Positions 38,140 through 49,084 are shown, counted from the stretch's first letter. The stretch is 64,000 nucleotides of DNA from an uncultured Gemmatimonadaceae bacterium (GCA_963789315.1 CAWBKI010000007.1:16012-80011); one strand, 5' to 3'. The notes: a model not told the origin generated them from the sequence alone. A program made the numbers and translations.

Positions 38140-40343
38140 TCAGTTGGCCTTCGCCAAATCGCTGATCGACGTCGAGAGCCACTGCACGCGCTGCGGGTCG
38201 GTCGATCCGTTCATGTATCCCCGGACCTGCGTCGCGAGCGCGGTCAGCGCGTCGCGACGCGCGGCACCGTTCGCCGCCTCGGCGGCGGACAACCCAGTTC
38301 GCACCGCGGACAACTTGTCCGCGCTCAATCCCTTCCACCGCTCGAGCTGGTCGGTGTACGAGCGCGACAGGGCGAACGACGCCGGCCAGACGAACTTCGG
38401 CTGGTCCTGCACGTTCAGGAAATCCTGACGCACCGTCTTCGCCGCGTCGATCTCGTTCTGCGAGATGGCGGCGCTCGGCGTCAGGTCGAAGATGTCGAGC
38501 CCGCGCTGCATCTCCGATCCATGATGTGGCCGTTGTACCAGTACACCGACCAGAAGCCGCCGCCCACCATGCGCGTCGAATCGTTCGGCCCGCGGTCGAA
38601 GAACGCGATCTCGTGCGGGTGCCTCGGGATCGGTCCACTCGAAGATCGAGAGTCCGCCCTGGTACCACGCCTGCACCATGATCGTGCGGCCCGGAATCGG
38701 AATGAGCGAGCCGTTGTGCGCGACGCAGTTCTCGAGCTGCGGTCTGCGGCGCGGGCAGCTTGTAGTAGCTCTGGAACACCATCTTGCCGTCGATGATGCG
38801 GAAGATCGCGTCGGCGCCCCAGTTCTTCGGATCGCCCGCGCGGCAATACGCGGCGCCGCCGCCGCCCCACTCGTCGCTGAACAGCACCATCGATCCGTCG
38901 TTGCTGAACGTGGCCGAGTGCCAGAACGAGAAGTTCGAATCGGCGACCGCGGCGACGCGCCTCGGATTCGGCGTGTCGTTGATGTCGAGCAGGAGACCCA
39001 TGCCCGCGCACGCGCCGCCGGCGAGACCGACCGCCGGATACACGGTGATGTCGTGGCACTGCGTCAGCGTGCGCGGCGCGAACGGCGAAGCAACGCCGTA
39101 CTTCTTGGCCAGCGCGTCGACCTGCGACCGGTACGACGCCGAATCGCCCTTGCTCGACGACATCGTGAGCGCGCCAAGCGACTGGACCGAGGTCTCGAAG
39201 CTGACCCGCGCCGAGTCTTCCTTGGTGACCGGCGGGCCCGCGTTGCCGCGTCCGCGTCCGCCGCCACGACCATTCGCCGCGACGCCGCACTGCGGACCGG
39301 CGTTGCCGCGCCCGCGACCACCGCGGCCACCACCCGCGCTGACGCCGAAGACCTTCGCCAACGAGTCGATCGACGATTGGCATCGCGCCGTATCGGCCGC
39401 GCTGGAGCTCGCCGACAAAGCCGGCAGCTTTTCACGCGCCGCGTTGAACTGTCCCATCGCGCGATTGGCCGCCGTGTCCATCGGCGACGCGCCGTGACCC
39501 TGCTGATAGACCAGACCGTTGTTGACGCCCGTGGTCGGATCGGCGAAGATCGCCGGCGAGCTCACGACCGCCGCCTGCTCCGGATGCGCGAGCGGGATCT
39601 TGATGACTTCGATGCGGAAGTTCGAGTTGTTCGGGTCCCAGGGGTTGTCGTTGCAGCGCGCCAGCTCTTCGGACGGACGAATCCCCGACGTGCCCGAGAT
39701 GTAGACGTAGACGTTCTCCTTGTCTTTCGGATCGTCGACGACCGTGTGCGTGTGCGAGCCGCGGCACGTCTGCACGTTGGCGAGATACTTCGGATGGTCG
39801 ATGTCGGTGATGTCGAAGATGCGGAGCCCGCGGATGCGGTCGTTGCTCACGACTTCGCGCGGCGCGTCTTTCCCGCAGTCGAGTCGCGCCGTCGGCGCCT
39901 CGGCCGAGACGAAGAGGAGATTCTTGTAGACGGAGACGTCGCTCTGCGACGCCGGGCAGAGCGTGCGACTCGCGCAGACGCGGCGCGGTCGGATTCGAGA
40001 TGTCCCAGATCTGGAAGCCGTTGTAGTTGCCCTGGATCACGTTCGTGCCGTGGAACGCGAGGTCGGAGTTGGTGATACCGGCGAAACCTTGCGGCGACGG
40101 CGTGTGCGAGACCTTTCGCACGTTCCAGATCGCCTCGCCCGCGTCCTGCAGTCCGGCCTTGAGGCCGACGCGCGGATCGGGCGACGGCGCGGCGAGGAGC
40201 GGCGCCGACATGTCGGGCATGCCCTGCTGCATCGGCGAGGCGGCCGTCGAGGCGGATTGGGTCGGGCCACCGCACCCCGCCGCGACGATCGACGCGATCA
40301 GCGAGCAGAGGGCGGCGTAGTGTGTCTTGCGAACTGCGACCAT
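38140..40343 (-). pseudogene. LVIVD repeat-containing beta-propeller lipoprotein, multiply frame-disrupted
   Basis: Lipoprotein signal MVAVRKTHYAALCSLIASIVAAGCG. Pieces lie in ORFs 39432..40391, 38126..39850, 38481..39383 and 38140..38679. LVIVD-type blades are present (NLLFVSAE, GLRIFDITDIDHP, NVYVYISG, GLLLDINDTPNP, GGLSIFEWTDP, RGLDIFDL). Frame changes lie near 39970, 38740, 38640 and 38530. Confidence 0.7.
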
Positions 40344-40395
40344 GGGGAAGGTCCGGTGAGTGTTGTTTGAAAACCGAACGGGGAGTACCAAACGA

Positions 40396-41040
40396 CTATT
40401 CGTGATGCGCGCCGGGCGTGAGCGCGTCGAGCATCTGCTCCATGCGGTCGATCTCGGTGCTCTGGTCGGCCTGCACGTCGTTCGCGAACTTGAAAACGAT
40501 TTCGTCCTGGCCGGCGCCGGCCGTGTTGAACAGCTTGTCCACCATCGTGATCGCGCCCTTGTGGTGCTGGATCATGAAGGTGAGGAAGAGCCGGTCGAAC
40601 TCGACGCCGCGCGCCGCGTCGAGCTGCTTCATCTGCTCTTCGGTGAGCATGCCGGGCATCATCATGAACATGTCCTGCCCGTTCATCTTCATCTTCATGC
40701 CGCGCGGATCCGGCTCGGGCACCGGCTGATTGCGGTCCTTGAGCCAGGCGCTCATCAGGCCGATCTCCGCCGTCTGCGCCATCGCGATGCGGCCGCAGAA
40801 GATCTGGAGCGACTTGCTCGCGCCGTGCGACTCGGCCCACCCGGCCATCTTCACCGCCTGCGAGTGGTGGCCGATCATGCCCGACATGAACTCGATGTCG
40901 GCGGCGGTGTAGGGACGACGAACGCTGTCGACGCGCGCCTGTTCGACGCCCGTCATGGGAGCCTGCGCATGCGCGCGGCCAGCCCCCGCGACACCCATCA
41001 GCGCGGTCGCGGCGGCGGAAAGAAGTAGGAATCGGGTCAT
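40396..41040 (-). CDS. DUF305 domain-containing protein (ferritin-like, periplasmic)
   Basis: Signal peptide and duplicated DUF305 motifs (DIEFMSGMIGHHSQAVKMA; FDRLFLTFMIQHHKGAITMV) with a Met-rich linker (MKMKMNGQDMFMMMPGM). Confidence 0.85.
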   Translation of the reverse strand: MTRFLLLSAAATALMGVAGAGRAHAQAPMTGVEQARVDSVRRPYTAADIEFMSGMIGHHSQAVKMAGWAESHGASKSLQIFCGRIAMAQTAEIGLMSAWLKDRNQPVPEPDPRGMKMKMNGQDMFMMMPGMLTEEQMKQLDAARGVEFDRLFLTFMIQHHKGAITMVDKLFNTAGAGQDEIVFKFANDVQADQSTEIDRMEQMLDALTPGAHHE

Positions 41041-41146
41041 GCGGTAATGCTCCGGGAGCGATTCGAGCTTGGCGATAATATGAATCGGGACCGCCCGGAG
41101 GGTAGTGCTCGCCGGCTACGGGCTCAGCCAGAGGCATGTCGGTTGC

Positions 41147-42802
41147 ATGAAGCCATCCCGGCCCGGATACTCAGGGATCGTGAAGCCTCCTCGTAAGGCA
41201 CCAGCCGCCGTGGAAGACCAGGACCGCCCGCACGCCGCCCCGCGGCCCCTCGGGCAAGACCAAGGCGACCTGTACCGCCTGCTCGTCGAGAGCGTTCGCG
41301 ACTACGCCATCTTCGCGCTCGACCCCGACGGGTACATCCTGAGCTGGAACGCCGGCGCTCAACGCTTCAAGGGCTACACGGCCGCCGAGGTCATCGGGCA
41401 GCACTTCTCCATCTTCTACCCGCGCGAGCTGGTCGCCGGGGGGTTTCCCGAGTTCGAGCTGCGCACCGCCGCCAACACGGGACGCTTCGAGGACGAGGGC
41501 TGGCGCATCCGCAAAGACGGATCGCGATTCTGGGCAAACGTGGTGATCACGGCGCTCCGTAACGAACGAGGCGAGCTGACGGGGTTCGCCAAGGTGACCC
41601 GGGATCTCACCGAGCGACGCGAAGCCGAAGAGGCGCTGCGCGAGAGCGAGGAGCGGTTCCGCCTCATCATCGAAGGCGTGCGCGACTACGCCATCTTCAT
41701 GCTCGACCTGAGAGGCAACGTCGCGACATGGAACTCGGGCGCCGAGCGCCTCGAGGGGTACCGCGCGAAGGAGATTATCGGCTCGAATTTCTCCAAGTTC
41801 TATCCGGCGGCCGACGTCGCGGCGGGCAGACCCGAGCAGGACCTCGAGACCGCGGCGAAGGTCGGAAAGGTCGAGCAGGACGGTTGGCGAGTTCGAAAAG
41901 ACGGCGAGAGCTTCTGGGGCAACGTGTTGATCACGGCGCTGAGCGATCGCACGGGCAAGCTGATCGGCTACGTGGTGGTCACGCGAGATCTGACCGAGCG
42001 GCGCGCGGCCGAGCGCCGCGCGAGCGACGCTGCCGCCAAGGCAATGGCGGAAGAAGCGGCGCGACGGGCCGCCGACGAAGCACGGAGCCGCGCCGACGAG
42101 GCAAACTCAGTCAAGAGCCAGTTCCTGGCCGCGATGTCGCACGAGCTCCGAACGCCGCTGAACGCCATCGGCGGCTACACGGATCTGATCTCGATGGGCT
42201 TGGCCGGACCCGTGACACAGCAACAGCTCGAGCACCTCGTCCGCATCAAGCGCAGCCAGGAGCACCTGCTCGGCATCATCAACGACATCTTGAACTTCAG
42301 CCGCGTCGAGGCAGGGCAGTTGAGCTACGACTTCGGGCCGCTGGCCGTGCGCGAAGTCGTACACGCCGTCATGCTCATGATCGCGCCGCAGGCGCACGCC
42401 AAAGGCCTGAGTCTCACGGACGCGCCCTGCGAGGACGAGCTCACGGCGTGGGCGGACACAACCAAGGTCGACCAGATTCTGCTGAACCTCTTGTCGAACG
42501 CGGTGAAGTTCACTTCCGCCGGCGGAAAGATCGTCGTGTCGTGCGCGGCGTTCGGATCGGCACGCGTCGCGATCCGGGTTCGTGACACCGGCCGCGGCGT
42601 CCCCGCGCAGCAGCTCGAGGGGATCTTCGAACCGTTCGTCCAGGTCGGACGATCGCTCATCGACACGCGAGAGGGCACCGGCCTGGGACTGGCGATCAGC
42701 CGCGACCTCGCCCGGGCGATGCACGGCGACATCACAGTGACGAGCACGGTGGACGTCGGATCTGAGTTTACCTTAACGCTCCCGACGCGGCCGAACGTGT
42801 GA
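41147..42802 (+). CDS. Cytoplasmic PAS-PAS sensor histidine kinase (orphan)
   Basis: Two PAS domains (DYAIFALDPDGYILSWNAGAQRFKGY; DYAIFMLDLRGNVATWNSGAERLEGY), the H-box SQFLAAMSHELRTPLNAI, and HATPase boxes LLNLLSNAVKF, DTGRGV and GTGLGLAISR. There is no TM segment and no adjacent response regulator. Confidence 0.9.
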   Translation: MKPSRPGYSGIVKPPRKAPAAVEDQDRPHAAPRPLGQDQGDLYRLLVESVRDYAIFALDPDGYILSWNAGAQRFKGYTAAEVIGQHFSIFYPRELVAGGFPEFELRTAANTGRFEDEGWRIRKDGSRFWANVVITALRNERGELTGFAKVTRDLTERREAEEALRESEERFRLIIEGVRDYAIFMLDLRGNVATWNSGAERLEGYRAKEIIGSNFSKFYPAADVAAGRPEQDLETAAKVGKVEQDGWRVRKDGESFWGNVLITALSDRTGKLIGYVVVTRDLTERRAAERRASDAAAKAMAEEAARRAADEARSRADEANSVKSQFLAAMSHELRTPLNAIGGYTDLISMGLAGPVTQQQLEHLVRIKRSQEHLLGIINDILNFSRVEAGQLSYDFGPLAVREVVHAVMLMIAPQAHAKGLSLTDAPCEDELTAWADTTKVDQILLNLLSNAVKFTSAGGKIVVSCAAFGSARVAIRVRDTGRGVPAQQLEGIFEPFVQVGRSLIDTREGTGLGLAISRDLARAMHGDITVTSTVDVGSEFTLTLPTRPNV

Positions 42803-42834
42803 CGCGCCGTCCGAGTCCGAGGTGATTCCGGCAG

Positions 42835-44593
42835 ATGCGCAATCGTCGACATTTGCTCGCCCTCGCGGGGTTGTCCGCGGCGGCAGCCTGCGCGGGCCCG
42901 AAGCCCCAAACCACCGTCACCGTCGCGGCAACCGCCGACGGGTCGCTCGACGCTGAGGGCCGAGCTCGCCAGGCGCTCAGTCGTCTCACTTTCGGCGCGC
43001 GCGACAAGGACGTCGCGGAAATCGAGCGCGTCGGCGTGGCGAGCTGGGTCCAGCAACAACTGCATCCCGAGCGAATCGCCGATCCCGTCGCCGACAGCGT
43101 GCTCGGGCTCCTCGAGATCACTCACAAGACGGCGTTCGAGCTTTACGCGGATCACCCGCAGCCCAACGAATACGGCTACCCCGTCGGCAAGCAGCCCGAC
43201 ACGGCCGAGATTCGCCGGAAGGCCGCGGGCGATTCGGTCAATCCGCCGCTCGACGCCGTCACGCTCCAGGCGAAGATGGCCGAGGCGACGGTGCTGATGA
43301 AGGAGCTGCCGAAGCTTCTGCCGGCGCGCACGGCCGCGATCCGCGAGCTCCAGCCCTCGATTCTCGTTCGAGCCGTCGCGAGCAACAGGCAACTGCTCGA
43401 AGTGATGACGGACTTCTGGGAAAACCACTTCTCGGTGAGCTCGGACAAGGCCCCGGGCCCGTTTTCGCTCGTCGAATACGACCGCACGATCCGCGAGCAC
43501 GCGTTGGGCAAGTTCCGCGACTTGCTTGGCGCTGTCGCGACAAGCCCCGTGATGCTCGTCTACCTCGACAACTATCAAAGCGTCGTCGACAGCCTCCACC
43601 CGAACCCGATCGAGTGGAAATTGGAGGAGCGGCGCCGCGCTCGGCCGCCGCTCGGTGACACTTTGCTCGCGCACACCGTGAAACGCCGCCGCATCGGCGT
43701 GAACGAGAACTACGCGCGCGAGTTGATGGAGCTGCACACGCTCGGCGTGGACGGCGGCTACACGCAGAAAGACGTCCAGGAGGTCGCGCGATGCCTCACC
43801 GGCTGGACCGTCGACAACTTCCTCGTGAGCCCCGCGCTTCGCGTTTCACGCCGACCAGCACGACGCCGGCGAAAAGACGGTGCTGGGCGTCCGCATCGCC
43901 GGAGGGCGCGGCATCGAAGACGGCGAGCAGGTCCTCGACATCCTCGCGCGACATCCGAGCACGGCGCGTTTCATCGCCAAGAAGCTCGTGACGCACTTCG
44001 TGAGCGACGCGCCGCCGCCCGCGCTCGTGGAACGCGTGGCCCAAACGTACCTGCGCACCGACGGCGACATCCGCGAGGTGATGACCACGATCATCGAGTC
44101 GCCGGAGTTCAACAGCCGCGCCGCCTACCGCGCGAAAGTGAAGACGCCGTTCGAGCTCGTGGCGAGCATTCTGCGCGTCATGGACGCGACGCCGGACACG
44201 ACGCAGCGAAGCGCGCAGATCGTCGCGCGGCTCGGCCAGCCGATCTTCGGCCGCGCGACGCCGGACGGATGGCCAGACCGCGGCGATGCATGGATGAACA
44301 CCGGCGCGCTGCTGAATCGCGTGAACCTCGGCGCGCAGACCGGCGCGAACCAGATGCCGAACGTCGCTGTCGCTCGATGGGCGGCGAATCGGCAGTTGGC
44401 AAGCGCGTCACCGGCTGAGACGGTGGACGCCGTGATTCGCGCGACCCTCGCCGGCGACCCGTCACCGGCCACACGCGAGGTGCTGCTCGGCGTGTCGCGT
44501 CCGACGGCGACGGCGGCGCCGCAGCAGCGACTCGCCTACATCGCGAGCCTCGTCGGCGTCGCGATCGGTTCGTCGGACTTTCAGCGGCGCTGA
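42835..44593 (+). pseudogene. DUF1800 domain-containing protein, one frameshift
   Basis: The lipoprotein-like N-terminus and LSRLTFGA ... MELHTLGVDGGYTQKDVQEVARCLTGW are in ORF 42835..44418. RFAFHADQHDAGEKTVLG... continues in the frame of ORF 43880..44593. One extra C in the run 43830-43833 explains the shift. Confidence 0.85.
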
Positions 44594-45528
44594 GGCTCGC
44601 CCGACATCGCGGAAAGCCGTCGCGCGACTGCGACGACGCCGTGGCTCAGCGTGTCGATCGCCGCGTCGTCGCTCAGCCAGCGCCGCTCGATGCGGCCGAA
44701 CGTCGCGGCTCGATCGGACGCAAGCCGTCGGGCGACTGTCTCGAGCGCCACTGTTTCGGTTCCCGGATCGCCCAAGATGGCGTCCTGCACGCGACGGCCG
44801 AGAACGTGCGCGTCGTGGAGCTCGCCGAGATCGTCTTGCAGGCTCTTCAATTGTTTGATCAGCGACTTGCACCCTCTCACGTCTTCGGCGGGGTCGAGTA
44901 GATAGCGGAGCCGTTTCGCCGCGATTCTCGCCGCGTGCGCTTCTCTGTCGTCGTCGGCCGTACGGACCAGATCCAGCGCGTCTCGTAGCGCCTCGAGATG
45001 ACCCGGCAGGCGGGCGCCGATGGCGCCGGCGAGCGTCGGCGGTGGCGAGGACGGTGGGCGGACGGGCTCGCTGACGGTCGAGAGGCGCTTCATCAATCGC
45101 GAGCGTTCCTTGTCGAACTTCTGGAGCGAGTTGCCGTTCAGCGGCGCGCCGACCATGCCGCGCTCGGTCCTGATGAGCTCGATCAGTCTCTTCGCGCCGC
45201 GTCGGAACGTCTCGTCGCCGTCTTGCGACGCGTGGCGGAGCCACTCGACCTGAACGTCGGCGTCGCGGCCGCGGTTTGTCGCATCGACGAGGTCGCGCAG
45301 CCGATGACGATCTTTGCGAGCGACGCTGTCCTCGAGGTCGGGCCGAAAGGCGCGAAGCCAGCTCCGCACGCGACGGAGCGCGACGCGCAGATCGTGCAAC
45401 GCGTCGAGCGAGTGCGGGTTGTTCGACAGGCGATCGGCTTCGCCACCCGCCCGATCGAGGCGGTCGAGGGCGATGAGCCGCGCACCGCGCGCGGCTGAGA
45501 GCGTCAATGGATCCAGTTCGTCGTTCAT
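44581..45528 (-). CDS. CHAD domain-containing protein
   Basis: CHAD helical repeat signatures are present (HDLRVALRRVRSWLRAF; AHAARIAAKRLRYLLD; LGELHDAHV). The start is taken at MNDELD (45528). Confidence 0.8.
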   Translation of the reverse strand: MNDELDPLTLSAARGARLIALDRLDRAGGEADRLSNNPHSLDALHDLRVALRRVRSWLRAFRPDLEDSVARKDRHRLRDLVDATNRGRDADVQVEWLRHASQDGDETFRRGAKRLIELIRTERGMVGAPLNGNSLQKFDKERSRLMKRLSTVSEPVRPPSSPPPTLAGAIGARLPGHLEALRDALDLVRTADDDREAHAARIAAKRLRYLLDPAEDVRGCKSLIKQLKSLQDDLGELHDAHVLGRRVQDAILGDPGTETVALETVARRLASDRAATFGRIERRWLSDDAAIDTLSHGVVAVARRLSAMSGEPQRR

Positions 45529-45679
45529 CGCCGGGAGCCGTTCGCGACCGAGAGCGCCGTGCACGCAGCGAGCCAACTTCTTCGAAACGGTCGAGGTTGG
45601 CCTAACCCTTTGGCCCGATTGTCGCTTTCGGGTGCCTCAGGTATTCACGCTACGCTCATTTATGTGGCAGGAGATCGAC

Positions 45680-45832
45680 ATGATTCGCAAGCTCAAGGAC
45701 GGGAGGTTCCGTCTGTACTCGCGAAAGGCAGATCCCAAGACGGGTCGCCGTCGCAACCTTGGCACGTTCCGCTCGAGGGGCGCGGCCGAAAAGCACGAAC
45801 GAGCCGTCCAGTTCTTCAAGCGGCAAGGCTAG
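45680..45832 (+). CDS. Small basic conserved hypothetical protein (50 aa)
   Basis: ATG 45680 with AGGAGA 6 nt upstream. The sequence is MIRKLKDGRFRLYSRKADPKTGRRRNLGTFRSRGAAEKHERAVQFFKRQG. It resembles a widespread small-protein family, but I cannot name it. Confidence 0.6.
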   Translation: MIRKLKDGRFRLYSRKADPKTGRRRNLGTFRSRGAAEKHERAVQFFKRQG

Positions 45833-45975
45833 AGCGGAATCCGCACATGAAAAACCGCCCAAAGTCGACTCATGGGCAGGGGCCTTGCGGCGTCGAGCGG
45901 AGGCGCACGAGCCGAGAGCTGTCGGCCGAGTCAGTTTTCCCGCGCGCGTTCCACGAAAGCGAGCGAGTGTTGCCG

Positions 45976-46404
45976 ATGCACACGACAGACGAAACGCAGA
46001 TCAACGGCGCGTTCCTCGACTTCGGAACGTTCCTGGAGCTCCGTGAAGCGGCGGCCAAGGAGTACGAAACGGGCGACGGCGAACCGCTCCGGCGGATGAC
46101 GACTCGCCACCCACCGGCGACGCTCTTCGGTCCCGATGGAGCCATCAGGCTGGGTCCCGACCGTGTGTCCGAGGCATACGATCAAGGTGTGATGGCCGAC
46201 GGGGAGACGCACTTCGAGCTGTTGCAGAGCGCCGCAAGCGATGGCCTGGCCTATTGGGTTGGGCTCCAGCACTCGACCGTGCGATGTGCCGACAGCGATA
46301 CACCACGGCACATCGTCATGCGCGTGACCGAGCTCTTCCGCCGAGAAAAGGGCGAGTGGAAGCTGATCCACCGTCACGCGGACGAGTTGGAGGTCGCTCG
46401 CTGA
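45976..46404 (+). CDS. SnoaL-like / DUF4440 (NTF2 fold) protein
   Basis: 142 aa from ATG 45976. The C-terminal signature is RVTELFRREKGEWKLIHRHAD. Confidence 0.7.
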   Translation: MHTTDETQINGAFLDFGTFLELREAAAKEYETGDGEPLRRMTTRHPPATLFGPDGAIRLGPDRVSEAYDQGVMADGETHFELLQSAASDGLAYWVGLQHSTVRCADSDTPRHIVMRVTELFRREKGEWKLIHRHADELEVAR

Positions 46405-46441
46405 GTCGCTAGCTCTCGCGGATCGGAGATCGCGGGGGTTC

Positions 46442-46877
46442 GTGGATTCTCGAGACACGTTCGATCTGGGCCGATTCGTTTCGGCGCAGGACGGCGTCTA
46501 CGACTCCGCGCTCGCCGAGATCCGAGGCGGACGCAAGCGTACGCATTGGATGTGGTTCGTCTTCCCGCAGATCGCGGGGCTCGGGTCGAGCGCAGTGTCG
46601 GCGCGTTTTGCGATCAGGGGCGCGGCGGAAGCGAGGGCGTATCTCGCGCATCCCATCCTCGGCCCGCGATTGCTCGAGTGTTGCGAGGCGCTACTCGAGC
46701 TGAGCTCGACGTCGGCGACAGAAATCTTTGGATCGCCTGACGATATGAAGCTGCGATCGTGCGCGACGCTGTTCGCGTCGGTGTCCGAGTCCGGGTCCGT
46801 GTTCGAGCGCGTGCTTGTCGCGATTCTTCGACGGCGCGCCGGACGAGCGAACCGAGGCGCTGCTGCTTCAGGAGTGA
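46442..46877 (+). pseudogene. DUF1810 domain-containing protein, frameshift near 3' end
   Basis: FDLGRFVSAQDGVYDSALAEIRGGRKRTHWMWFVFPQIAGLGSSAVS..AYLAHPILGPRL..DDMKLRSCATLF is in the ORF 46442.. frame. The expected end FFDGAPDERTEALLLQE* reads in the next frame to TGA 46875-46877. There is an extra base near 46822. Confidence 0.85.
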
Positions 46878-46954
46878 CGCGAGGTTCCGTTCGGCGGTTG
46901 ACTCAGTATTGGGCGGTGAACCTCAAACCCCTTCGAGCGGAGGAGCCTCTTGCA

Positions 46955-47406
46955 ATGAGATTTGTCGAATGTTGTATCGTGACGGTTCTGGTAACGACGT
47001 TGGCCGCGAGCCCCGGTGCAGCTCAGAACGCGGCGCCGGCGCCGGCTGGAGTCACACGTCAGGTCTCCCCGCCGCTTCTGTCGCGGCCGATGCGGGACTC
47101 GAGCCACACGTCGCTTCGCACTCACATGGTGCGCGGAGGCGAAATAGGCGGGATCGCAGGACTGGCGTTGGGCGGACTGGCGCTGCGGCAATCTCCGAAC
47201 AGGGCCAGTGCGTCACCGCTCCGTCCGCGGTGCCTGGCCTGGAGGGATGCTCGGAGAATCTCACGGCCGGCAAGGCCAACAAAATCTTGTTTGGGGGTGG
47301 CGTTTTGGGCGCCGTCATTGGGTCCGTGCTCGGCTACACGTACCACGTGAATGTGAACGAACAGCGAGCCGCACGCTGTCGCGCGACGCCCAGCGCCTGT
47401 GCGTGA
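46955..47406 (+). pseudogene. Small secreted glycine-zipper protein (hypothetical), apparent frameshift
   Basis: ATG 46955 with GGAGGAG upstream and signal peptide MRFVECCIVTVLVTTLAASPGAAQ. GGEIGGIAGLALGGLAL is in one frame and ..KILFGGGVLGAVIGSVLGYTYHV..* is in the frame of ORF 46759..47406. The junction is near 47195. Confidence 0.5.
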
Positions 47407-47576
47407 CGTTTGACTCGCCCACGTCCCGGGGATACTCTGGACGTGGGCGCGCAGGGCGCCTCCCGTCCGCGGACAGGACTGAGTCCACCTGATCGCAGTA
47501 CAGCGTCGACGACCGGTTCTCACGAACCTCCGACACGCCCGACGAGCGGACGCGGGCATCTCCACGGAGGCTCGTC

Positions 47577-48872
47577 ATGCCCGCTCGTCGCTTGCCCGTC
47601 CGCCCCGACCTCAATCATCTGAGGCACCAGGCGAAAGATCTGCTTCGCGCGATTCACCGCGGTGAACCCGAAGCGGTCAAGGATTTACAAGAATTCCACC
47701 CACAACCGCCGGACCCGGCGAAGGCCAAGCTCGCCGACGCTCAGCTCACGCTCGCGCGCAGCTACGACGCCGCGAGTTGGCCGCGCCTCGTCGTCTGCTG
47801 CAACCTGATTGACGCGATCTGGGACGACGACGTAGAGACGGTGCGGTCCCTCGTGCTGAAGCATCCGAATCTCCTCACGGAGAACGCCGGAATCCGGAAC
47901 AACAATTGGGGCCCGCCCCTCAGCTACGCGGCGAACCTGGGACGCGACCGCATCATCACCATGCTCCACGAGCTCGGCGCGACGGACTTGCAGTATGGAA
48001 TCGGCCGCGCGGTGCTCCAGGGACGCGTCGGCACGGCGCGGATGCTCCATCGCATGATGGGCTCGCCGCGGCCGCCGGCGGGATCGTTCGGCAGCCCGGC
48101 GTACACGCTCAACGTCGCGGGCACCGCGTTTCTGTTCGAGATCGGAGGGGAGCTCTTAGACGAGAACGGAAACCCCGATGCTCCGGTCGACGTCGTCCTC
48201 GAGACGGACAGCCGCAAGCGCGAGGCGAGGCACCAGATTCTCGAGATGTACGTCGAGCACGGCTTTCCGCTCCCAGACACGCCGATGATGGCGCTGCATC
48301 GCGGGCGCATCGATCTCCTCGAGCAACACCTCCGCCGTGATCCTGGGCTGCTGAAAAGAACGTTCACCTTCGAGGAGATCTATCCGCCGGAGCTCAAATG
48401 CCAGCGATACAAGCCTGGGAGCTATGACGAGATGCTGCCGCGCACGCCGATCGCCGACTCGACGCTGCTTCACGTGTGCGTCGAGTTCGAGGAGATCGAG
48501 ATCGCCCGCTGGCTCGTCGATCGAGGCATGGATGTCGATGCCCGCGCCGCGGTCGACGAGAACGGATTCGGCGGACATACCGCGCTCTTCAACGCAGTGG
48601 TCGGCTATCCAAACTTTTGGATGAACTTCACCGGCGGATGGGCGTGGTCGCGCAAACCGAGGGAAACGCCGTTCGGCGATTTTCTCTTGGAGCATGGTGC
48701 CGATCCCAATGCGCGCGCATCGTTTCGTTTGCCGGAGACGAAGAATGGCCGCCACAAGTTCTATGATTTCCGCGAAGTGACGCCGCTCGCGTGGGGAAAA
48801 GCGTTTCCGATCAAGCTGGTCGTGAGCGAACCAGCGATGCGCGCGATCGCGTCGCGTGGAGGACACGAGTGA
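47577..48872 (+). CDS. Ankyrin repeat domain-containing protein with conserved N-terminal helical module
   Basis: GGAGG 8 nt upstream of the ATG. The N-terminus is LPVRPDLNHLRHQAKDLLRAI...LADAQLTLARSYDAASWPRL. Ankyrin-like repeats follow (PLSYAANLGRDRIITMLHELGA; TLLHVCVEFEEIEIARWLVDRGMDVDA; GHTALFNAV). The 431 codons are intact. Confidence 0.8.
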   Translation: MPARRLPVRPDLNHLRHQAKDLLRAIHRGEPEAVKDLQEFHPQPPDPAKAKLADAQLTLARSYDAASWPRLVVCCNLIDAIWDDDVETVRSLVLKHPNLLTENAGIRNNNWGPPLSYAANLGRDRIITMLHELGATDLQYGIGRAVLQGRVGTARMLHRMMGSPRPPAGSFGSPAYTLNVAGTAFLFEIGGELLDENGNPDAPVDVVLETDSRKREARHQILEMYVEHGFPLPDTPMMALHRGRIDLLEQHLRRDPGLLKRTFTFEEIYPPELKCQRYKPGSYDEMLPRTPIADSTLLHVCVEFEEIEIARWLVDRGMDVDARAAVDENGFGGHTALFNAVVGYPNFWMNFTGGWAWSRKPRETPFGDFLLEHGADPNARASFRLPETKNGRHKFYDFREVTPLAWGKAFPIKLVVSEPAMRAIASRGGHE

Positions 48873-49084
48873 TGCGTGAAGTCGAAGTCTTCGGTCGTCG
48901 CTTGCTCGTCGAGCGCACGGACGCGGGTTGGCGGACCTACATTCCGGGCGACGACGGCAAGCGGCGACCGGGCGTCGACGTTCCATCGTTCGTCGTATCG
49001 GACGATGAGCTGCTCCAGTATCTCGCGGACCTGTGGCACGAGAGCGCCCGCCCGGATCGCAACGTGGTGAGGTGGGTTCGATGA
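48872..49084 (+). CDS. Small hypothetical protein (70 aa), translationally coupled to ankyrin gene
   Basis: The ATG at 48872 overlaps the ankyrin TGA by 1 nt (TGATG). The sequence is MREVEVFGRRLLVERTDAGWRTYIPGDDGKRRPGVDVPSFVVSDDELLQYLADLWHE... Confidence 0.55.
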   Translation: MREVEVFGRRLLVERTDAGWRTYIPGDDGKRRPGVDVPSFVVSDDELLQYLADLWHESARPDRNVVRWVR

